Source of the DNA: Azolla caroliniana
Taxonomy: Eukaryota; Plantae; Polypodiophyta
DNA length: 64,000 nucleotides
Assembly (NCBI GenBank): GCA_043228905.1
Contig: JBHGNT010000004.1
Span: forward strand, 14,756,001 to 14,820,000
Reading direction: 5' to 3'
The notes beneath the pieces are model-generated. The model had not been told where the DNA came from. It made no database searches and saw only the letters and a list, made by a program, of their open reading frames with translations. The first letter of the stretch is position 1, and each line of letters begins with the position of its first letter. Both the position numbers and the translations under genes were made by a program. Positions 26,303 through 35,788 of the stretch are shown piece after piece.

Positions 26303-28464
26303 TGATTATCAAAATCATCACAATCTTTTGGTATTGAATGATCACGAAGCTCTTGCTTGTTCCTCTCATGATTTGGGCGAACTGTCATAAATTGTACAGT
26401 TCGTCGTCCATCTTGGCTACGGATTTTCGCATAGGCAGAACCATTGTCGAGGACTTTGGTCTCCATCCGTACCGCTGTAATGTATGGTTGCCCCAGGATT
26501 ATTGGATAGGTAGATCCTTCCTGCACAAAGAAATGTTGATCTACCTCTATATCACCAATAATAACCTTTACATTTGGGCATGCACCAAATAAATCTTCCG
26601 TGACTGATGTGGCAGCTTTTACTCGCCAACCATGTTGAGTATCAATTGGCCATCTACCTTTCCTGTAAAAATCAGCACTCATTATATTTATTTCAGAACC
26701 ATGATCAATAAGTGCCATCACGGGGTCTGGAACATTTCCAATCTTCACATGATGCTCAGTAGTGGCTCTTGCCCAACATTTGCCAGAGTAATGGCTTCTT
26801 ACATTTGTTGAATTTATCATTGAGATTGATGCATGTTGAGAGTCAACAACGATATTGTTTGACTCGTTGCTCACCACTTCATATGCCACCTTCGGATTTG
26901 TCTCTTTAACTTGCTCATTTACTTGCTTCTTTCTTCGCACAATATCAATTATTTCATCATGAAATTCCTTTTTTGCAATACCTAACACTTCTCTTAATGT
27001 AAATTCTACTCGACTGTCTAGTATTCTTGTTTCTAAAACTTTCTTTAAATCTGTATCCTTTTCAATATCAGAAATTAATTTCAATGAAGGACCAGATTTA
27101 CCTTTTTCAACTTTTGCGTCCATCTCTTTTCTTTTGCTTTCTCTTGTTTCATGCTTTTTGGTTGAGCCAATCTCATCATCCGATCTTTTCCTTTTTTCTT
27201 CCACTATCACCTCATGCTCTTGGTGTTCTGCCATCTGAGCATAGACTGTCATAACATCTACTGGAACATCCCATCCAGTGTTTTTCCTCACAGAATCTCC
27301 GGCAACACGAAGGTCTTCCATCTTCATCTTTTGCTTTTGTGCGGTACTTACAACCTTCTCCCAGAATGATGATCGAGATGGCATGTCATCGAGGCGCATT
27401 CTTGCCGTTGCCGAGTAATACATTGTGGAAGCCTTCTTTGCTTCAGCTTCTTCAAATTTAACCTTAACACCACCATCACCAAAGTTCTTTGTAAGCGGAG
27501 TTCTAGTTTTAGTTAAGTAAATGTTACCATTTTTCCAATAGACCAAGTCCCGATTTTCCATGTCTTTATATTCTTCACAATCACGTAGACGATGTTCGAG
27601 ACTATCACACCACATGCATCGAGGTCGAAATGGTTCCCTTGACCTCGAAGTTTGACCATTATCAAGCTTTGCCACTTTAATTGTTAGATCTTTCATACTT
27701 TGAACTAAATCATCAAGCAAAAACTCACTCTTAGTTCCTGTCATTTCTCGTGGTTGATGGACCATTTCGTGTGATGGTTCTCGACCAAGTCTTTGAACTT
27801 CGATGTTTTGCTCAAGCCGATTTGTGATTCCCACATGTGGTATTTGTAGCATTACACCATTCCTTTGCATTCTTTTCATAAATTTATTACAAGCATTTGT
27901 TACCTCATTCCAATCTGCAGTTATACCATCCTCAGTATTTGGTACTTCAAGCATGAATTCCAATTCTTTTCTATATCTCTTGCCAACTGCCTGCAAAAAT
28001 AAAGCAACCTTTTGCCAAGACAAAGAATTTCTTTCTTCTGGCTTTAGGTGTCCATACATCCTATCAAACTCTTTTTTTGTGTCAGACACAGATAACCCTT
28101 TATCTTCTTTTAAAATCCATTCATGAAATGAACGCATAGTAACTCGAGAGAAATCCTCACGAGCATATTCAGACACAAGTGCTTCTTTGAATGCATTCCA
28201 ATCCAAACTATGCAATGCTTGTATTTCATGAATTCTATCTCTTAATTCCATGTCCACTAATTTATAAAAGTTTGCTATCATACTGACATCATTTATACCA
28301 AACATTTCCATTTCATCATAATATATATTCACATACTTCGAAATATTTGTGCCATCAAACATACCAATCTTCTCTCGGACTTCTCGTAAGGCATGAAATA
28401 ATCGATCTTGATTCAACTTTTCAATAAACAACATTACCAGATCCATTGTACTCGTACTTGCCAT
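26290..28464 (-). CDS. Gag-protease ORF1 of element C (724 aa, open)
   Basis: CMWCDSLEHRLRDC zinc knuckle, ALIDHGSEINIM, IILGQPY; homologous to 33606-35732. Confidence 0.92.
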   Translation of the reverse strand: MASTSTMDLVMLFIEKLNQDRLFHALREVREKIGMFDGTNISKYVNIYYDEMEMFGINDVSMIANFYKLVDMELRDRIHEIQALHSLDWNAFKEALVSEYAREDFSRVTMRSFHEWILKEDKGLSVSDTKKEFDRMYGHLKPEERNSLSWQKVALFLQAVGKRYRKELEFMLEVPNTEDGITADWNEVTNACNKFMKRMQRNGVMLQIPHVGITNRLEQNIEVQRLGREPSHEMVHQPREMTGTKSEFLLDDLVQSMKDLTIKVAKLDNGQTSRSREPFRPRCMWCDSLEHRLRDCEEYKDMENRDLVYWKNGNIYLTKTRTPLTKNFGDGGVKVKFEEAEAKKASTMYYSATARMRLDDMPSRSSFWEKVVSTAQKQKMKMEDLRVAGDSVRKNTGWDVPVDVMTVYAQMAEHQEHEVIVEEKRKRSDDEIGSTKKHETRESKRKEMDAKVEKGKSGPSLKLISDIEKDTDLKKVLETRILDSRVEFTLREVLGIAKKEFHDEIIDIVRRKKQVNEQVKETNPKVAYEVVSNESNNIVVDSQHASISMINSTNVRSHYSGKCWARATTEHHVKIGNVPDPVMALIDHGSEINIMSADFYRKGRWPIDTQHGWRVKAATSVTEDLFGACPNVKVIIGDIEVDQHFFVQEGSTYPIILGQPYITAVRMETKVLDNGSAYAKIRSQDGRRTVQFMTVRPNHERNKQELRDHSIPKDCDDFDNQVFD

Positions 28465-28508
28465 GTTGATGGTGATCTTTACTTTAGATGTCTCTTCTAC
28501 TTCCCCGT

Positions 28509-28526
28509 TTCACGTCGGGTTCACCA
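28509..28526 (-). promoter_or_regulatory. tRNA-Trp PBS (element C)
   Basis: TGGTGAACCCGACGTGAA on minus strand 5 nt from LTR. Confidence 0.88.
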
Positions 28527-28531
28527 ATTTG

Positions 28532-29506
28532 TGTCGTGACGTGGCTCGCCTAGAAGCGTAGCGTTGCGCACACAAAGGATAACGTGAAAGTGAGGAAGGA
28601 ATCACTGGGATTATGGACGGAAGAGACGAAAGAGTAGAGATGGAGTGAATAGATATCAATAAGATATGAAAAAAATAGGATTTTTAAGGAATTTCAGATA
28701 AGACAAGATAAGATATAAAATAATATATGAGAAAGTGTATGAAATTTATAATCATTTTCATGAAAGAGTTACAAAATGATTGTGCATGTCGTTGAACCTC
28801 TGAACTTTGTCTTGCAAGGTAATCACTCTTCTCTTTCTTGATCGTAGACCACTACAATCTTCACTTCAATATTTTGATGAAGATAAGGCTCGAACCGCCT
28901 CCCTCTTGTTGAGAGTTAACCACCACGACCGCCAAGCTAGAGCTCCACCTTTATCTTGAACTTCTTCCTTTCTTTCTCTATTTTATGGTATCTCTTATGT
29001 AATATATATTTGATTGATATCTCATACATATCTCCTTTTGATCTTCTCTTTCACCATTTAAATAGGTGCCCCCATGCATATGATGCATTGGAGGGTACAA
29101 GTCATGCATGTAGTGCATGAAATGCATGTGATGCATGATCACCATTTGGCGTTCATGCATTACATGTGATGCATGATAAACATCTCGCTCATTTGAGCTT
29201 TTATGTATGAAACAATATCTGCAATAACAATAAACATGAAAATATAATCTTAAAGAGAAAGGGCCTAGCCTAATGGTAGGTGTGTTGACTTTGGTGTATG
29301 AGGTTGTGGGTTTGAGTCTCAAACTACTATTGAATACAACATACAACTATATTTTTATATCATGAAGTAAATCCTTTATAAAGTATATATAAAGTATGCT
29401 TTATTTTATGTATATTGCTAGTATAGAGTAAATGGTAAGATTTGAGAGTCATAGGGTGGGGTTATTGGTTCAAGTCCTCTCTTGTTTGTGTAATATAATA
29501 TATTTA

Positions 29507-29547
<41 letters not shown>

Positions 29548-29685
29548 TTTCTTTACATATATATCTAATATTATCATATGTGTTGTTAATATTATCTTTA
29601 TATATAAAACATTATCAAATGTTATTTTAGTTACGTATTTATCTTATTGTAGATTTGTAATGTGAAGCTTTCGTACTTCACGACA
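28532..29685 (-). repeat. 5' LTR of element C
   Basis: TGTCG...CGACA termini, duplicate of 21530-22793. Confidence 0.93.
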
Positions 29686-30257
29686 ACGGGGAAAAACCAC
29701 GGTAGTCCACTGATTGCTAACTATCACTATGTAACAATATACAATAAATGAACACAGAGGCAACGACCTCTTGTTCACTGTCTTCGCCACAGGCGGCGGT
29801 GACAACAGAGATACGAACTCTTCGTCTCTTTCTCTCTTTCTCTCTCTCTCTCTCTCTATACACTGTTGCGCTCTAATCTTGCGCCAACAAGAATGACAAC
29901 AACACAAAAATAAGACTATACTAAGTTTGCCCTAAGTCATATTTATACTAATATGACTTTTTGGCTATTTACAAATATAGCCCCAATGGACTCTCAGAAA
30001 CATATTTACGAATATGTCCCTTCATCCGGTGAGCACTCCTCACCGGGCATGCATCATCCGGCGCTTGCCGGGCACACGTCATCCGGTTCTCACCGGGTCT
30101 TCCGTTGTTGGGTACTCCAAATCCGGTTCTCACAGGGTCTTCACCATCCGGCTCTTGCCGGGTACTCGTCATCCAGTTCTCACCGGGTCTTCCGTTGCCA
30201 GGTACTTGTCATCTCTGTTGTTTTCACTTCCCATCCGAAGGGACCTATTTCCTAACA
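29686..30257 (-). repeat. Truncated copia-type LTR (probable 5' LTR of element H)
   Basis: Starts TGTTAGGAAATAGGTCC on minus like the solo LTR at 31156; interrupts D RT at ...NKVEA; assignment to H is inferred from orientation. Confidence 0.75.
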
Positions 30258-31155
30258 GCTTCTACCTTGTTTGGAGACAGTTTCCAGCCATAAGGCCCAC
30301 ATAGATGTCTGACAACCATGATTTCCGATTGTTCGAAAGCCAATTTCTCCCCGGAGAAGGTGAGCCACGCGCCCTCCAGCCTTTGTAGCACCTTCTCGCA
30401 GTCGCCGATGTGGTCCGCAATGAATTTCCAACACCCGTCTGATCCGATCGTTTCGTCCCTATCTTCCACCGGACATCCCCTGATCAGGATGTCGTCCAAG
30501 AAGGGCATGGTAATGTCCGGGATATAGTCTCTTAGCACCTTATTCATCGCATTCACCATGTGCGCTATCGAGTTCGTCCCTCCTTGCAGAAGGGTACACA
30601 TCCGCACCAGGCCGAGAGGAGTCTGCATCGTCATAATATCTCTGCTCTCTACGGCTCGTTAGAATTGGTCGTACCCTTAGTATAGATCCCCGACCGAGTA
30701 AATCGACCTTCCGGCGAAGGCCTCCGTGAACTCGTCAATGGTCGGTCTGATTCCGACGTTGTGAATGGTCACCTTGTTGACCGGTTGCAGGTCCTGAACG
30801 AAGCGCAACGTGTCGTTCTTCTTCGGCACGGTAAACCACCGATTTGAATACAGGGCACTCGACGGCTCGAGGATGCCCATCTTCACCTTCTACTTCAACA
30901 GCTCCATATACTTCGGGATGTGAGCTCTGGGTACTAGAATCGGCTTGAGATTCCACAGTACATGCGGTACCGTGATGATAACCATTGGTTCAATGACCGT
31001 AGGGTCTACGCACCCGATCTCCTCCGGCGAGAATGTGAAGGCCTTCCCGTGCCTCCCGAGCATTCTCCGAAACCGTTCCTCCTCCGCCGGCAGTAGAAAG
31101 CCACCCCCACCGACCTTGAGCTCATGTAGCGTTATGTCAGTGAACTGGTGTCCTA

Positions 31156-31959
31156 TGTTAGGAAACAGGTCCCTCCCAGATGGGTAGTGAGAAGAACAGT
31201 GTTGAATCCAGATGTGGAGTACCCGGCAACGGAAGACCCGATGAGAACCGGATATGGAGTACCCGGCAACGGAAGACCCGGTGAGAACCAGATGTGGAGT
31301 ACCCGGCAACGGAAGACTCGGTGAGAACCGAATATGGAGTACCCGGCAACGGAAGACCCGGTGAGAACCGGATATGGAGTACCCGGCAATGGAAGACCCG
31401 GTGAGAACCGGATATGGAGTACCCGGCAACGGAAGACCCGGTGAGAACCGGATGTGGAAGGCCCAGTGAGAACCTCTCATTGGATGGAAGGGACATATAT
31501 GTAAATATGTTCCAAAAACCCCACTAGGGCTATATTTGTAAATAGCCCAAAAGTCATATTAGTATAAATATGACCTAAGGCAAACTTAATAGAAGATTAT
31601 GTAGAGTTGGTTGTATTATTATCGTTGTGGCGATAATTCAGTGCGTAACTGCATATAGAGAAGAGAGAGAGAGAGAGGAAGAGGTCGTCGCCTCTGTTGT
31701 AACCGCCTGGTGGCGAAGAGAGGGAGCAAGAGGTCGTTGCCTCTGTGCCCCATTGTTGTAATCTTGATATAGTGATATTTTGCAGTTTGAGGGTTGCCGT
31801 GGTTTTTTTCCCAAATTTAGGTTTTCCACATTAACATCCAGTGCACTCTCTTCTTTACTGTTTCATGTGTAGATACATCTCATCACATCCCTGTTTTCTG
31901 TGCTTGATCCGACGTCTCGCTTGTGGCTGAGCATAGCTTAGGAAACCGTATTCCTTTCA
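31156..31959 (+). mobile_element. Solo LTR (copia-type) with ~40-bp internal tandem repeats
   Basis: TG...CA ends, perfect 5-bp TSD TCCTA (31151-31155, 31960-31964), about 6 copies of GGAGTACCCGGCAACGGAAGACCCGGTGAGAACCGGATAT. Confidence 0.93.
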
Positions 31960-32758
31960 TCCTATGCCGGCCAGATCTCGTAAACTTGGGTCCGATGTGA
32001 CCCCTTTCATCCGTAACTCGCTACCCTCTGGCAAGGGTGTCGCGATTGGCCTCACCTTCCGGTCCACAGTCTTGTACCTTCTATCCACACGGGCTGTCTG
32101 ATCCGACTCGACCCCTTTGCCGAAGTCAGCGATGACTTCGTACATCCGTTCCGAACTAATCGGAATCGTCCGGTCTTCATTGAGGCCTTCTTCGAGCACG
32201 TTCCTCAGATCTCCCAAGGTGTCGTCAAAAGAGACCGCCTCCACGGCGCTGCCTATCACTTCGTCGGGGCCTACGACTCCGCACGCCTTGAGACGTTCCT
32301 CCGCCCACTTCTTCTCCCGACCGTTAATGCCGATTATTGTACAGCCTCTGTTGTCGGAGAACTAAAACTTCTTGTCTGTAGTACAGGGTTTCCTTCCTAT
32401 ATGGTACACTTGTGGGGTTTTTCCGAGGTGTTCAGACTATTGCGGCCCCACGTCTTGATAGACCTCTCACAAAATCCCCTCGACCTTCGCCGCCGAGGGT
32501 CTCGCGGTTGCGCTCGTGGTTTGGTCGTACCGTTCGAAATTGGACGGAGTGCCGCCCATCTTGGCTCTTCACTCGGGCGTATGCCGAACCGTTATCCAAC
32601 ACCTTCATCTCCATGCGTGCCGCCATGATGTACGGTTCGCCGAGGATCACTGACTGTGAGGATGTCTCCTGCATGAAGAAGTGTTGATCAATCTCAACAT
32701 CACCAATCTTCACTTGTACATTTGGGCAAGCCCCGTGTAGTTCCTCTGTGGCGCACGT

Positions 32759-33562
32759 TGTCGTGAAGAAAACCGTCCATAGGCGGAATCGGCGCACCAA
32801 GGCGTGGGAACCGGTTCTTCACGCGCGCACGCTCCGAGTTGTACATAGAAGCGAATTAGGAGGATAATCGGCGGGAACGGGCCCTAAAACAAGTGGAGAC
32901 AAAGACCGCGCGAACAGTCTTTTCGGTCGCGCGCGCGAGCGAAGGAACCGTACGAGTCGGCGGCGTAACTACGCGGATGCGTGAAGGACGAAGCGAATCC
33001 CTGTCCAAAAGGGACAGGGAATAAAGCTGACATGACGGCCTATATAAGAGCGGGAAAGAGCTGTTGCAGGTATCGCGCGCGGAGAGGACGAAGTGCTGCC
33101 GAACCGATTTCGGAGCTTCTCTCTCACTCCTGCTTTCTCTGTCTTCTGCTCCATCGCGTACCTGTGCAGGTTTCGAGGAGGCTTGCGTTGTTCCGTGGAA
33201 CGCCCCGAGTGCGTCCTGCAGCACCTCCGACCTGTTTTCCCTTTCTGTGCGTCGCGACATACAGGGGTCGGCATCTGTTCGCCGCCCTGTTCGTTTTCGT
33301 TAGTATCTATTTCGTGCCCCACCGTGGGTTGTAATACTTTAGTCTGTTATTTTCTCGCATTCATAAGTACATACCTTTCGTTGTTGCGTCCGTCTGCGTC
33401 GGCGTTTATTTGTGATCTCTGTCTGTTGGGCCGTGTCCCTGTGCAATCTTCGGTTCTGTGTAATCGGGTCTCTCTCTCTTACTCCTCTCTCTCTTGCTCT
33501 TCGGTCCAAGACCCCCGTGGTCCCTCCTCCTTTCTGCACGCAAGGGCGTAGCAACCCCGACA
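32759..33562 (+). repeat. 5' LTR of element E
   Basis: TGTCG...CGACA, TATA-like CCTATATAA near 33040. Confidence 0.97.
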
Positions 33563-33565
33563 TCT

Positions 33566-33583
33566 TGGTGAACCCGACGTGAA
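33566..33583 (+). promoter_or_regulatory. tRNA-Trp PBS (element E)
   Basis: TGGTGAACCCGACGTGAA 3 nt after the LTR. Confidence 0.9.
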
Positions 33584-33605
33584 AGAGGCGGCAGAAGAGT
33601 AGGAA

Positions 33606-35732
33606 ATGAAGGGGGCGGATCTTGCAGAGGCCATGGCTTCGGCCGTGGATCGGATAGTAAGCACGCGCGAGGGCACCGGCGCCCTCGATAGAGCTATTGA
33701 GGCGGTCGTCGGAACGATCGGTCGATTCACCGGAAAAGATGCCACGAAGTACCTGGCGTCCTACGGTGCGGAAATGTTAATGCGGGACATTCCGGAAGAC
33801 AGGCGTCTTGCCGGTTTTCCCCGAGTGGCGATGCCGAGCATCCACGCGGAGGTGCTCGAGGTGCGGGCGGAGAGCCGTACCTGGGAGGAGTTCGAAGGTC
33901 GGCTCCTGGAAAAATACGGTCTGGACGACGCGCTCCGGCTTTCGAAGCGAAGCTTCATGGAGTGGGTGGAGTCTCCCGGGAAAGGAAGGAATGCGTCGGC
34001 ACTCCTCCGGGAGTTCGAGGAGAACTTCGCGCGCCTTTCGGCGCTTGACAGGATGGTCCTGGATACAAGCCGGGTCCTGCTGTTCGTCAAATCGGTTGAC
34101 GAGAGGGATCGGAGTCACGTGGGCGCCCTGCTAGAAACCGAAGACGGGCTGACAGCCGACTGGGCGGCGGTCAAGAGAGCCTGCGGCCGTTTCGACAAAC
34201 GGCGAGAATGGGAGGATGACAGAGCAATCGGGTCGGGCTCAGTCGCGGCGAGGAAACTCGAGCCGGCGCAGCCGGTGCGAAGGGAAGAGACTCGGGAGTG
34301 GCTGGAATCCGGTTCAGCTCCGACCGGCGTGATCAGAGGCACGACTGGAGGAGCTGCGTTGGAGGAACTGACGAGGGCGATAAAAGACCTCCAAATCGCA
34401 CAAGCCCGCAGAGAAGGCGGAGGACCTGCTCGTGACCGACGGCCGGCGGCAGGGAACAGGTGCATGTGGTGCGACGGGGTCGGCCACATCCGAAAAGACT
34501 GCGGCGATTTCGCAGAGGCGCTGAGGAACCGGGTGGTATACCTATGGGAAGGCCGGGTTCACGCCAACGACACGAGAAGGGCCCTAAACCGAAACGACGG
34601 GCGAGGCGGAATGAAGAGGTTGATGGAAGAGGCGGCGGCCCGACATGCGGAAACCGTCCACTACTCGGCGTCGGCCGGTATTCGAGTCGGGGGCAACGAG
34701 GCCCGAAGAGGAAGCAAAGCCGGATTCTGGCCGACGGTGCTGGAAGGCCTTGCCGATACGAGGACGAAGAGGGAGGAATCGGACCGTGCGGAGAAACGGG
34801 TACGGGAGATGACCGGGTGGAGCGACCCGGTCGAGGAAAAGACGGGCTTCGTGGAAGCCGCTTGCCGGAACTACGAGGCTCTGGTAGAAGAGAAGCGGGT
34901 GGGGAAACCCGGGACGACCGGGCCCTCACAACGATACGAGACCCGGTCCGGGCCACGACGGGACGAAGCCGGCGGGGCCGGTACGCAAGATAAACCCCAG
35001 AAGGGCGGGTACCGTCTGGGGACGGAGATAGAAAGAACCACGGACTTACGAAAGGTCCTGGAGGAACGGATCCTCGACAGCAAGGTGGAGCTGTCGCTAC
35101 GGGAGGTGCTGGGAATCGCCAAGAAGGAGTTCCACGACTCCATCGTGGACTTGGTGAAACGGAAGAGGCTGTCAACGGAGACAGAACCGGAAAGACCGGT
35201 GGAAGTGCGGACGACGCACCTAGACGACATGGCGCTGGGAGACGAGTGGGCGGAAAGCCACTATTCGAGACCGCACTGGGCCCGAGCGACCACGGAAACC
35301 CCGGTGAAGATCGGCGATGTCCAGGAACCGGTGATAGCTTTGGTAGACCACGGATCGGAGATCAATTTGATGTCCATGGACTTCTATAAGAAGGGCAAAT
35401 GGCCGATCAACACCAAGCACGGGTGGAAAATAAGGGCAGCAACGCGCGCCACCGAGGAACTGCACGGGGCCTGTCCGAATGTGCGAGTCAAGATCGGCGA
35501 CGTCGAGATTGACCAGCACTTCTTCGTGCAGGAGACGTCTTCGCATCCGGTCATACTGGGAGAGCCGTACATCACGGCGGCGCGAATGGAGACCAAGGTG
35601 CTGGACAATGGTTCGGCCTATGCGCGGGTCAAGAGCCAGGACGGGCGCCATTCGGTCCAGTTTTTGACGGTTAGGCCGAACCACGAGCGTAACCGCGACT
35701 CCCTCGGTTCCGATAACCGAGAGGATTTTTAG
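33606..35732 (+). CDS. Gag-protease ORF1 of element E (708 aa)
   Basis: CMWCDGVGHIRKDC (CX2CX4HX4C), ALVDHGSEINLM, VILGEPY aspartic-protease-like motifs. Confidence 0.95.
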   Translation: MKGADLAEAMASAVDRIVSTREGTGALDRAIEAVVGTIGRFTGKDATKYLASYGAEMLMRDIPEDRRLAGFPRVAMPSIHAEVLEVRAESRTWEEFEGRLLEKYGLDDALRLSKRSFMEWVESPGKGRNASALLREFEENFARLSALDRMVLDTSRVLLFVKSVDERDRSHVGALLETEDGLTADWAAVKRACGRFDKRREWEDDRAIGSGSVAARKLEPAQPVRREETREWLESGSAPTGVIRGTTGGAALEELTRAIKDLQIAQARREGGGPARDRRPAAGNRCMWCDGVGHIRKDCGDFAEALRNRVVYLWEGRVHANDTRRALNRNDGRGGMKRLMEEAAARHAETVHYSASAGIRVGGNEARRGSKAGFWPTVLEGLADTRTKREESDRAEKRVREMTGWSDPVEEKTGFVEAACRNYEALVEEKRVGKPGTTGPSQRYETRSGPRRDEAGGAGTQDKPQKGGYRLGTEIERTTDLRKVLEERILDSKVELSLREVLGIAKKEFHDSIVDLVKRKRLSTETEPERPVEVRTTHLDDMALGDEWAESHYSRPHWARATTETPVKIGDVQEPVIALVDHGSEINLMSMDFYKKGKWPINTKHGWKIRAATRATEELHGACPNVRVKIGDVEIDQHFFVQETSSHPVILGEPYITAARMETKVLDNGSAYARVKSQDGRHSVQFLTVRPNHERNRDSLGSDNREDF

Positions 35733-35788
35733 AGAGGGCTGCCAAGGCGTGGGGCCGCGACAGTCCGGACACCCCGGGAAAACCCCAC
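35723..35788 (+). promoter_or_regulatory. Putative -1 programmed ribosomal frameshift cassette (G GAU UUU + 6-nt spacer + H-type pseudoknot)
   Basis: Heptamer directly before the ORF1 stop; GGGCTG/CAGTCC stem and GTGGGG/CCCCAC stem; conserved in A, C, D. Confidence 0.85.

Larger units (their letters stand above)
21530..29685 (-). mobile_element. Ty3/gypsy element C (tRNA-Trp PBS lineage, AT-rich), full structure, possibly recombinant
   Basis: LTRs 21530-22793 and 28532-29685 (TGTCG...CGACA), PBS 28509-28526, PPT ~22794-22802, gag-PR and pol ORFs; flanks CCGG/ACGG. Confidence 0.95.

Noticed and set aside
31205-31460. Regular ~40-bp repeats as CRISPR-like array
   Set aside because: Head-to-tail repeats without unique spacers, inside a eukaryotic LTR
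30890-31480. 196-aa ORF with repeats fused to RT N-terminus
   Set aside because: Chance read-through from solo LTR repeats into D pol
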